A DNA stretch of 63,811 bases, the filler included, from Octopus bimaculoides (taxonomy: Eukaryota), in assembly GCF_001194135.2 (NCBI RefSeq). It is 7 parts of 6 records of this genome, joined end to end, with 100 filler letters (N's around TTAATTAATTAA, not from the genome) between each part and the next. Parts side by side here need not be neighbours in the genome. Positions count along the whole stretch, not along the records: positions 1 to 17,145 come from NC_068985.1; 6 more parts are not named here. One strand, given 5' to 3'. The notes beneath the pieces were generated by a model. That model ran no database searches and had not been told where the DNA came from. It was given only the letters and a program-made list of their open reading frames with translations. Of the stretch, positions 1-11,900 are shown in pieces; positions within the stretch are counted from its first letter, which is position 1, and each line of letters opens with the position of its first letter. Both the position numbers and the translations under genes were made by a program.

Positions 1-754
1 TACAAAGCCCCTTTTTGGATCCAGAAAATGGGGTGGGGTGGAATGCTACAAAGCCCCTTTTGGGATGAAAAAAAACGGGGTCGGGTAGAACATTTGGAAA
101 TTTCAGTACCACCCCCATTTAAAAATATTTTTTGCTATTTCTTTCTTTACCCATAAGATTCTAGCATAACTTGACTTGAAATGGATGTTTGTGGCTATTT
201 TAAACCTAGTCATGAAAATGACACTATTCTTTCTATGGAAAGCTCCAAGAAAAGGGATACAAAAAAAATCAAACCAAGATCTTGTGTCTCCCTCAATTTC
301 CATAATTTCTTATGAACCTGATGAACGTAATGAAAGTTTCCCTATACCAATTTATCATGAAAATCACTGAAATAGGGCAACAGAATTCTTTGGTAGCGAA
401 ATGTAAGCATCTACGGCGACTGTCTGGAAAATAAATTATTTGAAATGATATCTGAAAAAAAAAAATAACTGTCCCACTAAATGGAACAATGGGAAAAATT
501 GGGTTTAATACATAATTTGCATATTTTAAATTTATATTTTACTGCATGTTCTGTAGCTATACTAATGTCCACACATTACACTTGTATCTGTTTGTCATAA
601 CCAAATACATGTAGACCAAGATACATATTTATACTTGTTGATAAGGCCCTAATAAGTATTACGTGTGTATGTAACATTTGTAAATCTTGCATTCATTTTA
701 TGCAATAAATTTTATGTTATTTTTACTAAGCACCTTTTTTTCAGATCTCAGGTG

Positions 755-3553
755 ATGTCGTTCCGAAAGCATGAACCTGGTGCACAAAGCAGAAAAAAAA
801 CAAGAGAAACTGACAAACAACAGGAAGTGTATAGATTGGAATTATGGATGAATTTATGCTACCATATACATCAGTGACATTACTGTAATTGAATAGCAAT
901 GCACCACTGCCTGGAGAAGACAGGCAAGCAAACAATGACGGAAACACCAAGCAACAGCAATGAAAATTCACAGCAGGTTACTACATTTTCAGCAGCAGAG
1001 GGAAATGCGAAGGACTTTTAGGAGAGTGGGTTATATATCTTTAGATATACACCTAACTTTCCTACATTAAATTGGAAGAGAACTGAATGCAGAAACTCCA
1101 AACTGATCAACAACAACAAATATTTATTGTTCGGTGGAAAATAAAACAGCTTCTAATTGTCCGGTTTTAGAGTAGCCTGAAATGTAGATGTACGGTTCTT
1201 CGAGCTGGTGTCGTTATAGAGACAACTTGGTTCAACCACACTCAAATGGGAGAGCTTGCTTAGACGTCTTGCTTGGTCGCTGTCTGGCTTGGTAAGAGAC
1301 AGTCTAATAGCGGGAACGCTTCGATGTTGAAACCCACGCATGCGTGGTTAAGGATTCAGCAATGGCGTCGGCCTTTTGGCGCCAATGTGACGTCACTACA
1401 GACTTATATAATGCATTCTGTCAACAAGCTTTACCTATTGCTGAAAATATGGTTGTGCAACAAGAAGCAGTCACTATCACTACTGACCCTGCATCTTGAC
1501 CAGAAACTATATCTGTTGGCATGCGTACTGACATTATGAAACTTGGAGCTGTTCAAGTAAAAGAATACAAGTTTCCTAAATCAAAATAAAACCACAGATT
1601 CAATTCTGACTTCTCTTCTAAGATGATACCAAATGACGAAACGATAGTTCGAATGTGGCTTGTATTTTCAATTCAGCATGATGTGGTATATTGTTTCTGT
1701 TGCAAGCTGTTTGGTCGCAGTAAAATGACACTAACATCTGAAGGATTCAGCAGTTGGCAATATCTGAGCAACACCTTAAAAGAACATGAGTAATCAATGG
1801 ACCATAGACAGTACATAATGAAATAGAAGGAGCTTGAATTTCGCCTTAAAACAGCCTCAGCTGTTGACAAACAGTCGATTGCTTTAGTGGCAAAGGATAG
1901 AGCTTATTACGGTGCAGTGTTAGAACATGTCTTGGCAATTGTTCTGCTTTTAGCAGAGAGGAATATGGTTTTTTGTGGTGTTTCTGATAGGCTCTACATT
2001 CATGGTATGGAATTTTTTTTAGGTGTATTCAGAAAGCAGAAACCCGTGGCTCATTGTTTGGGAGCTGAGAGTCAAAATGAATTGATCTCACTCATTTCTG
2101 ACAACATTTTGAAAGAAATCACCAATCAGGCAAAGGTTACTAAATACTACAGTATTATACTTGATTGCATGCCATATATCAGCCATAAGGAGAAAACGAC
2201 CATGATCATCTGTTTTGTCGAACTTCAAGAAGACAAAACTGAAATCAAAGAGCACTTTGTTGGGTTTTTTGAAAGTTACAGACACAAGTGGAGCCAGAAT
2301 TTTTGAATTGCTCTTGGAGAAGCGCGATTCATTGGAGCTCAATCTGATGGATTGTAGCGGCCAAAGTTATGATAATGGCAGTAATATGAAGGGAAAGCAT
2401 TCTGGATTCCAAGCAAGATTTCTACAGAAGCATCTGTGAGAATTCTATTTACCTTGCATGAATCACAGTCTTAATCTTGTGTGTGATGCAGCAAGCTCGT
2501 CAGTGACAGCTGTCTCTTTCTTTGCTTACTTCCAGCATGTATATTCATTTTTTGCAGCATCAACTTATGGATGTAACACTTTGAAGGAATTCTGCTCCAT
2601 TTCTGTGAAATATCCATCCGACAATCACTGGGAAAGCAAAACTGAAAGCATAAAAACCCTTCGATTCATAACCAAGGACATTCATAGTGCGTTGATAAGA
2701 ATTCATAGGCTTCAAAGGGTAAAGATTCCAAAGTTTAATCATAAGGAAACACGTTAGCTGCAGAAATTGCTTCCTTACACTTCTTTCTTCTGTATTTGGT
2801 AATATGGTATGATCTGTTAATTAATATCAATAAGGTCAGCATGAAAACATGCAAATTGACATTGCTCAGGAGCTGATCTCATCCATACAGTCCTTGCTGC
2901 ACAGCTATTGAGAAAACGACACTTTTTTCTCATCAGTAATCAACGTTGCACCCAAATTATGTGAACAAGTGAAAGGAAACAGTGAAAGGAAACAGTGTGC
3001 CACACCACTTTGGATATAAAACTGAAGACGAACCTCTTGTTAATGCTTTGACATGCTGAGCAAGCACAACGGCATCTTTGCATTCCTTTACAACATTCCT
3101 TCACTGAAACACTAGGAAAATCAGAAGCTATTGGAACACTGTGCAATTATTTCCACTGCACTAACAGTACATATCGATGATGACATTGTCAAGGCAGATA
3201 TTGAGAAGACAGAGCTAACAGAAGAGCTTTGTTCACTTTCACATTTTCTATCACATAATTGTAAGAAAGTCCATAATGTGGTCGATTATATTCAGAAATC
3301 TGGCCTTATGGAGATTTTCCCTAATATGCGAGTGGCTTTGCGAATTATCTCAATATCTGTGAGTGTTGCAAGCGGAGAGTGCAGTTTCTCCAAATTAAAA
3401 TTGATTAAATCATACCTGTGGTCCACTATGGCACAGGAAAGACTTTATGGATTGTCTCTGATATCTATCGAACATGAACTTAGCTCTCAGCTTGATTATT
3501 CTGAACTGATCGACGATTTCACAAAGCGAAAAGTATGCTGTGTTTGTCTTTGA
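755..3553 (+). pseudogene. hAT-superfamily transposase pseudogene (ZMYM1-like/TTF zinc finger type), with many stops and frameshifts
   Basis: N-terminus MSFRKHEPGAQSRKK at 755; TTF-type finger WLVFSIQHDVVYCFCCKLF (~1655-1710); YYSIILDCMPYISHKEK, YDNGSNMKGKHSG and MNHSLNLV catalytic-region motifs; C-terminal hATC dimerisation motif ISVSVASGECSFSKLKLIKSYLWSTMAQERL (ORF 3131-3553). Confidence 0.85.
1029..1426 (-). mobile_element. Solo-LTR-like insertion interrupting the hAT gene
   Basis: hAT reading frame resumes right after TCAACA(1426). On the minus strand the segment starts TGTTGACA and contains TATATAAG, TGACGTCA and AATAAA. The other end (GGTTATAT) is imperfect and no TSD was found. Confidence 0.35.
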
Positions 3554-3629
3554 AAGTTGCCTGGATTATAATGGTGCTCTTTTATTCATATCTGGAAGTT
3601 TAACATATTGAAATTTGTAATAGACCTGT

Positions 3630-4070
3630 AGTAAAACTATATTGTCTCTTTGTTGTTCCTCTGACTGGTCAGAAACGTGACAATGCGACATTGCTTCCAC
3701 TAATTCAAAAATACATCAAACCTGGCTCATTTATCTACAGTGATTCTTGGGTTGATTACAAAGATATACACACTTTCAGTTATCAGCATTACATGATAAA
3801 GCACCAAGATAATTTTGTTGACACCACACATGCACAGATACACACACAAAACATCAAAATGTTTTTGGTGAGATTTTAAACAATGGATGAAAAGGTCCAG
3901 TATTCGTTCAAATTATCTATGCCAGTAGCTGGCCAGGTATTCATTTATTTCTTCTGTAGAAGAAAAAAAAAAAATATTGATGCACCAATTTTTTTTTTGA
4001 GGCAGCAAGATTATATACACCACTCCCAGATTGCCAGTAAAGGATTGATTCCTGCACAAATCCAAAGACA
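3630..4070 (+). mobile_element. Merlin (IS1595/ISXO2-like) DDE transposase fragment
   Basis: Translation CLFVVPLTGQKRDNATLLPLIQKYIKPGSFIYSDSWVDY...HQDNFVDTTHAQIHTQNIKMF matches the ISXO2-like pattern (R-x-A-x-TLLP-I...I-x-SD-x-W-x-x-Y...H-x-x-NFVD...HTQNIE). Confidence 0.75.
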
Positions 4071-5039
4071 CAAGATATACAGGACTGCCCTTTAACTGTA
4101 TAAGGTAAGTTAAATACTTTTCAAATTTTACGTTTAAAGGTCAGTTGGTTGATATGTTCCATTAAAATCTTTGTAAATTACTTCTGCATAGCCAAAATGT
4201 ACTGCAAAATTTCTGTTTTATCAATTAATTTATGGCAAAATTTCATTTATGGTGTATTATAAGGTTAATTAAGATAACAAAAGAAATGCTCAAGGGTGCA
4301 CCCTACCCCACCCCCTCCCTTTTCCACAGAAAATGCATTTGTGGTATATTAAGAGGTGGACTAACATAACATTAAACTGAAATCCGAGAGTGGGGGGGGG
4401 GCGTTGGTGGAAAGGGAAATTTCCGAGATTCCACTACCCCACGCTATTTTTCATGGGTAAAATGCCTTTCTCACACATTATGAGGTCAATTAAGACGATT
4501 TCTATGGGGAGGGGGAGGAAAGGACACGATTAGAAATGGGAATTTCAGAGGGTCTGGCCCACCCTGTACATTTTCAGTTGAAAAAAATGCATTTCAGACA
4601 GCTTACGAAGTCAACTAAGAGAAAAAAAACTACGAGGAAAAACATTATTTACAACCGAAATCGAGGTAGGTGTGGAACTTAAAAATGACCTAAACTTCTT
4701 TGTAAACCTTTGTTATTTTGAAATGCTTGTCTTCTGATATTTGTGAGTCCATCAAATAAATATTCAGTCTTATTAAATGTTGGCCTTCTTAAACATGAAA
4801 TAATATGATAGTTCCAGCCCTAAATAAATTTAACTTGTACTTTTAAAGATGTTCTTTAGGCTAACGAGAAATATTGAAATTCAGATAGAATAAAGTAAAA
4901 TATAGCTATGAATAAAAGGTGCATGGGTTATGAGTTTTGATTGAAGAGATGGGGCCCAATAATTAAAAAGTTGCAGGGGGGCTCTAAAAGTCATGTGACA
5001 GCCCTGGATGTAAATGAAACTGAAGCATTGGTGGCAAAA

Positions 5040-6164
5040 AGAATTTGTACTAGCTTCACTCAGAAATATGACTCATCATACATTCAATTCACTTTTGTGG
5101 CCACGAATGATGGGGGGAATGCAAAAACCACAGTGTGTTATTTGTGGAGATGTGTTTGCTAATGACTCAGTGAAGCCATCAAATCTCAAGAGACATTTAA
5201 ATACAATACATAAAGAAATGAGTTGAAAGCCGAAAGAGTTCTTTGAAAGAAAGCATGTTGATTTAAAAGGCCGTCAGGAACAGATCTTTGAAGTGTCAAA
5301 CATAAATACTTGTACTTTGTAAGTTTTCTTATAAAGTAGCACTTTGAATTGCTAAGGCTAAAAAGCAATACACAATCGGTGAGACACTAGTGACAGGCTG
5401 TGTTCAAGGTGTCTGCATGAAAATGCTAGGTAAGCTGGCAGTAAAGAAACAGGCTCAGGTTCCACTTTCAAATGACACTATAGCTCAATGAATTCACAAT
5501 CTGGCTCATGATATGGAAAATCAGCTCAAAGGACAGATTAAATTAGCAATGGTACTACTTTTCTTTGCGTCTTGATGAATGTACAGACTTTGCTAATCAG
5601 GCAATTCTGATAGTGTATGTGTGCTTTGAGTATGAAGATAATTTGAAGGAAGAGGTTTCTTTTTTTTGTTTTTTTTCTCTCTCTCTCTCTCTGCTTCACT
5701 ACCAACAAAAACAACTAGTTCTGAAACATTCAAGACTGTGACCAATTACATCGTTAATAAATGTGAGTTACATTTCAAGTTTTGTGTAGGCGTATGTTCT
5801 GATGGCACTACCGCAATGACAGGACACCATCCAGGAGTGGTTACCCAGATTAAGGTGCTTGCTCCAGAATGCAAGTTGACAGATTGCTTCCATCACTGAG
5901 AAAGTCTTGCAACAAAAAGAAAAAATGTCAACAGAACTAAGCAGTGTGCTCAGCGAGGTTGTAAAAATTGTGAACCATGTAATGGTGAATGCTTTCAATT
6001 CAAGACTCTTTGCTGCATTATAGCATGCTGATGTACGTTGGTTATCGAGGGGGAAAGTCCTGACAAGAGTGTTTCAGCTACAAAACAAGCTTGCTGAGTT
6101 TCTTCAGGACAAAAATCCAAATTGGTCACAATTTTTGGAGATGTGAATTGGTTAGTCAAGTAGT
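5040..6164 (+). pseudogene. Buster/Charlie-type hAT transposase pseudogene (ZBED5/SCAND3-like), 3' part lost at the RTE junction
   Basis: KPQCVICGDVFANDSVKPSNLKRHLNTIH BED finger; VPLSNDTI; LDECTDFANQAIL; GVCSDGTTAMTGHH; DCFHH*ESLA; VRWLSRGKVL. Confidence 0.85.
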
Positions 6165-8995
6165 TGGTTTTAAAATCTCTGAAAGAGATTCAAGTAATAA
6201 TGGTAGTAAATAGTAATGTTTGTTGCAAATTCGGCATTGCTCCTGAGCATTTGCCACATACAAAAACTATCTTACCAGTTAGCCTTCCTTTGATATTGTT
6301 GCACTTCTTATAAGTCCATAGCTTACTCTGGGTAGATCTTATTGAGTTTCTACTTACGCCTTTTTTATAGATCAAGCAGGGTCGTCTACCTGAAGGAATT
6401 TGTGGTTTGTCTGCCGTCCAGCTTATTAAGACTTTGGTTTTAGCTACGTTGACTCTTAGGCCCTTCAATTCTAGTCCTTGCTTCCACACCTGAAATTTCT
6501 CCTCTAATTCTGATAGTGACTCAGTAATTAGAGCAAGGTCATCAGCATAGAGGAGCTCCTAGGGGCATCCTGTCTTGAATTCCTCTGTTATTGCCTGGAG
6601 GACTATGATGAATAAGAGGAGTGGGGGGCTGAGCACTGATCCTTGGTGGACCCCTACCCTTACCCGGAATTTTTCACTGTACTCGTCAACCCTCATTTTA
6701 CTTACAGCATCCTTGTACATGGCTTGCACAGCTCTCACTAACCATTCATCTATCTCTAGTTTCCTCATTGACCACCAGATAAGGGATCGGGGGACACTGT
6801 CAAAGGCTTTTTCCATGTCATTGAAAGCCAGGTACAGAGGTTTATCTTTGGCTAGGTATTTCTCCTGCAGTTGTCTTACCAGAAATATAGCATCAGTGGT
6901 GCTTTTCAATGGCACGAACCCAAAATGCATCTCATCTAAACTAACTCTCTCCCTAATTAGTTGGGCTATGACCCTCTCTGTGACTTTCATTACCTGATCC
7001 AACAACTTGATACCTCTGTAATTATTTGTATCTAAAGCGTCACCTTTACCTTTGTAGCAGTTGACTATGGTGCTGCTACACCAGTCATTGCGTATGACTC
7101 CTTCATATATCACCTGGTTAACAATATGGGTGACTAGACTATAGCCAACACTGCCAGATATTTTGAGCATCTCTGCAGTGATTCCTGATGGGCCAGGAGC
7201 ATTCCCGGTTTTCATTCCCTTAATTGCTTTATCTACCAAGGTACTGTCAATTCAGATAGATGGTCCCTCTCTTGGGTCAGCATTCAGCCGACTCTCTTTC
7301 ACATTCATTCTCTTCATTTAGCAACCTTTCATAGTGGTGTCTCCAAACCTCTCTCTTTGCTGCCTCGTTTAATGCAAGTGGACCATCATCCATGTGGACA
7401 CATTTCTCTCCTATGGCATCACTATTCTCTCACACACTGTCTTGCAACTCAAAACACTTCATGTATTTGGTTCTCACAATACTGAACATAGGCCAATTTT
7501 TTTTCTTATATGCTTACCTTCTGGCAGTCTGATAAAATTCCCTGCTGCTACCATTTTTCCAGCCCTTCAAACCCTGTTTCTTTTCCCTAATGGCCCTGTC
7601 AACTATATTGTTCCACCACCATGTTACCTTGGTTTGAGAGAGGACTTTGCACCATCCTCGGATCAGGTCAGTGGCCCTCAGCAGGTTGTCCCATAGAGAC
7701 TTCCAGTTGTCTTCCACATCATGTGATGCTATATCCCCCTCTATTTCATCAAAAGCTTTCAGTAATATGTCTCTAAATCTCTGTCCATTCACAGGATCTT
7801 TAAGCTTCCAGACTTTTCTCCTCTATGCTGGTCGTCTTCTGGGCATCCATTTAGCCCTGATCCTAAAGTCACTAACTACTAATCTATGTTGTTGGGTGCA
7901 TTCTTCACGTGGGAAGGTTTTGGCATTTATAAGTAACCATCTTTCCCTTTTTCCTAGTGAGGATGTAGTCAACTTGACTAGTGTGTCTACCAGATCGGTA
8001 GGTGACTAGGTGACTGGCAGGTTTCATGAAGTTAGTATTGCAAACCATGAGATCATTTGCATCAGAAAACTCCAGCAACCTCGTTCCCTCTTTGTTGCAG
8101 GAACCAAAGCCTTAGCCTCCATATACACCATGGAAGTTCCATGCATGTTGTCTAACATGCCCGTTGAAGTCATCAGCCACAAAGAGAAGGTCGGTGTCAT
8201 TTGTTGACAAAGTAGTCTGCAAGAGGGCGTCATAAAATTAGTATTTCTGTCCATCAGATAGCCCCAGCTGAGGGGCATAGGCCGAGATAATGGTTGCTAA
8301 TCCATGATGAAGCACTAATCTAATCTTAAGTATTCTATCACAGACTCTGACTACCTCGATTACCTTATCAACCCATTTCTACACAAGAAGTATACCCACC
8401 TCCCTGACCCTGTCAGTGTTCTCTGCCCAGAAAAATCTTGTACCTATGTTCTTTGCCTGTGAGGAACCTAGCAGAACTTCCTCTCCACCTTACTTCTTGG
8501 ATGCAGCACAAATCTACACATCTCCGTTCAAGCATCTCAACAATCACACCAGATCTACCTTTCAGTGTGCCCATATTGAGTGTGCCAATGCTGAGAGTGT
8601 GGGAGGTGTGGGTCCGTGAGACTCTGGGATGGGGGACAGCAGCATCATGTACCTGAAAAGAAAGCTCGCATTTGGAAGAATTCATAAACAAACAATAGCC
8701 TTCAGCCTGCATACACTACACCATCATTTTTATGCCCTACATGATCACTACATTACATAGGAGATAAATCCTAAGTAGGGGTACAGATAGCATTAAGCCT
8801 TTAGAAGTGTTCATGGGAGAGACATCCGGAAAATGTGAGAGGATAGGGACTTCCGGCACAGGTGGTGGGGTGGAGGGAGGGACCAGAGTTAGGATAGTCA
8901 AAGATAGAACATGAGGGAGAAAAATGTTTTTTGTGGGGATTTTGGGTAACATAATTTAATGAAACAGCAAGGCTGCCAGTGTCAGGGAATATCAT
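6165..8995 (-). mobile_element. RTE-clade LINE, near full-length 5' part (APE endonuclease + RT + Cys-rich PHD-like segment), inactivated, 3' end missing
   Basis: EN: LSIGTLNMGTLKGRSG...VDLCCIQEVRWRG (8413-8712). RT: NNYRGIKLL, STTDAIFLVRQLQEKY, DMEKAFDSVP, GVHQGSVLSP and ELLYADD (YADD at 6538-6549). Multiple stops and frameshifts. Confidence 0.92.
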
Positions 8996-11900
8996 GATAA
9001 TAGTGAGATAGAATTGAAAATCTTAGACTTTTAAATTAATATAATGATGGTGTATTGGCAGAATAACAGATAATGCTTTCAAATATCCCATATTTCATTA
9101 CATCTCATTGTTCTTGGGTTCAAATCCTGCTGAAATCACACATGACTGTCATAGCCTTTTGTGGGTCTATAAAATAAAGTAGCAGTCAAAAGATCCAGTT
9201 GATTTAATCAATTGTTCCATATTCCAAAATGTACAACCTTATGTCTAACTTTAAAATCTTTATTGGTGCTACCCTCTACTATGGAGTATATCTATAGATT
9301 TTTGCCAATACTGCCTGTAATAGAGAGATGTAAATGCTTTGTTTTTATTTAGAATATTTGAAAGAATAAACAGTAACACTAGTTTCAATTCTGAGTTGGG
9401 GTTTCATTAGGGGAACACTGTAATTTAGGACGACGATTATTATTTGTGAGATAACTGATGGTGCTGAGTTTCAAATTAACTAGATTTTGATTCCTCCATT
9501 TTTGTTTTGATTTCTGCAATCAACTTTGGAGTTAAAAAAAATAATTGCCACTAATATCCCGCCTTAATTGAATTGACTATAGACTCTCCAATTAGTTCTT
9601 TATTGGAAGAAATAATGTCTTCTCAAAATAATTCATTTTGTTAACAATGAGAGAATGATGAATCGGCAGATTCAATAAAGTATCAGACAAATATCTTTTA
9701 ATATGATTAATGACAGTTCTTTATGTTCTGAGTTCAAACATCATCTCTGTACCCTTCATCCTCTTTGGGTCAATAATATAAATCCATTCAAATACTTGGT
9801 CTAATATAATCGAGTATACTCTTGCTCCAATTTTGACACTTGTACCGATATTAGGAATCAGTATCAGGATGGTGGAGGGCTGAATCAATAAAGTATTTCA
9901 GTGCCTTGTGGTATTTAGCTAAATGGTCCCATTAGATTTTGAGTTAGTCACGATGGATGACTTTACCTTTCCTCATAACTTCATTCAAAATGTGTGTCCT
10001 TGTATCTGCGCTGGATGGATGTTGAGAAGATAGCTAAGATGGAAAATAGTAACTCTGAGCTTAAACCTGGTTGCATCATTAATGTGATTTCAGATTAACC
10101 AGTGGAGCACCACTTGTAGTTTTATCTCAGGTCAGTATTGGACACTATCCAGTGTGTCCTCCTTTTAAGACGATATTGTGTGTTTAGAGGGAGATTTGGT
10201 TGCTCTTTTATTTTGAGAAGTATTTTCTATTGTTATTTAAACCCAAGTCAATCCTGATGGAGCATTGCTAGAACTTGGATAACTTACGCCATGACCGTTA
10301 ATTGTTTTATGTTTATATATAATATAATCTGGACCAATTTCATCTCTTTAAGAGAGAACCGTGCGATAATAAAAGACACTTGTGTTTAAAATTAATCTTT
10401 CTTGTCAAAGGGAACTGTTATTTTCAATCAGTCATTTGCAACTGTCCTCTTTGCAACCACCACCACTACCATCCTCCGCCTCATCCTCATCATCATCACC
10501 ATCACCACCACCACCAGTAGTAAGCCCATATCAAGGAGTCCTATGTCTACGTTCAAATTTAGGCGAAAGAAACTTAATCATAAAAGGCATAATTCTAAAT
10601 TGCGGACTCATGCCAAAAATGAAACCATTTAAGAATCAATTGACTTTAAATTCATTGTCAAGGGAGATAACTAAGTGTAAAGGGAGGCAACTAAGATCTC
10701 TTAGTTCCACTAATGCTTCGTGTAATTGCTATTTCTGACATAATTAAAATAATTTCCGTATTTGTATAGAATATAATGAAATGACAACAGTATAAATGCA
10801 TTCCCCCGTCTTACACAGTTTGACTTTATACTTATAATTTAGCTTCTTTACTGCCAGTTGAGTAAATAGAATAGCTAGACAATTTGACATGAAAATAAGA
10901 ATAATATTCTGGGTTGTGGCTGCCTTTGCAGAATTCCCTTTTTCTTTCTCCTGCAAGTCATACAAAGTCCCCCAAAAAGTCATTAGTTGTTGCGTGTCTT
11001 TCTTTGACTAAGCAATAAATAAAAGAAATATGAAATAAAACTAAAGTTGTTAAACTAATGAGACACACATTCATTACATCTGCATCAGGAAATCCCAAAA
11101 CCTAGTGGTAATGGATGGAGCTAAAAAGAATACTATTAGGTTCACTTACTATAAACTTAGATAAACACCGTTACAACAGTTTATATCTTTGCTTTCTTGG
11201 TGTTTGCAAGCTTACAATAGAGAGCTCTATCTAAACTGACTCACAAGTTCGGTAAAATAACTAGGGCGCTAACTTTAAAGTTTGGTAAAGTGGTAGTGAT
11301 GGGACATTAATGAAGAACTAAGTAGCTGGCATTCCAAAACTTATTGTTTCAATTTTGAAAATAGTTTTAACATGTCAACATAAACATTGGTATATGTATG
11401 TTTTGGAAAATGTTTGTGTGAGAAAAAAATGTATTAACAATGAGGAAAACAAAATTAGTCATAAACGTATTTTCTTTACATCAATTTTAGTGTAATGTTT
11501 TTATTATTCACACACCATAAGTTTAACAAAAGAAAATAAAATTAAAAGATAAAAAAATTAAATGCATCAAAGTATAATTATGGAACACACAGATTCAATG
11601 AACAAGTATCTGAAAAATAAAAGAACGCTACAAGGACATAGTTGTGGGGGGAAAAATGAGACAGAGAAGCAAAAATAATAATGGTAAAGATGATAATGCT
11701 AAAACAAAGGGTAAACGAAGATAAATAAATGATTTATAAGAGGGTTGTATATTGGAGCATCTTTAATATCTTTTGCTGGATATTTTCATGTATAATAATT
11801 ACTAATGTTGAATGTTATTTGTGTAAGTTTTTTGTGTATGTGTGTGGGTATTCCTGTATGTATGTGTGTATGTGTTTGTGCATGCACATACTCAGAAACT

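Noticed and set aside
319-345. CTGATGA...GAAA hammerhead-like spacing
   Set aside because: The intervening ACGTAAT cannot form stem II.
10382-10983. ORFs with Pro/Ser/Thr/His runs
   Set aside because: They derive from (ACC)/(ATC) trinucleotide repeats; there is no splice support or recognisable domain.
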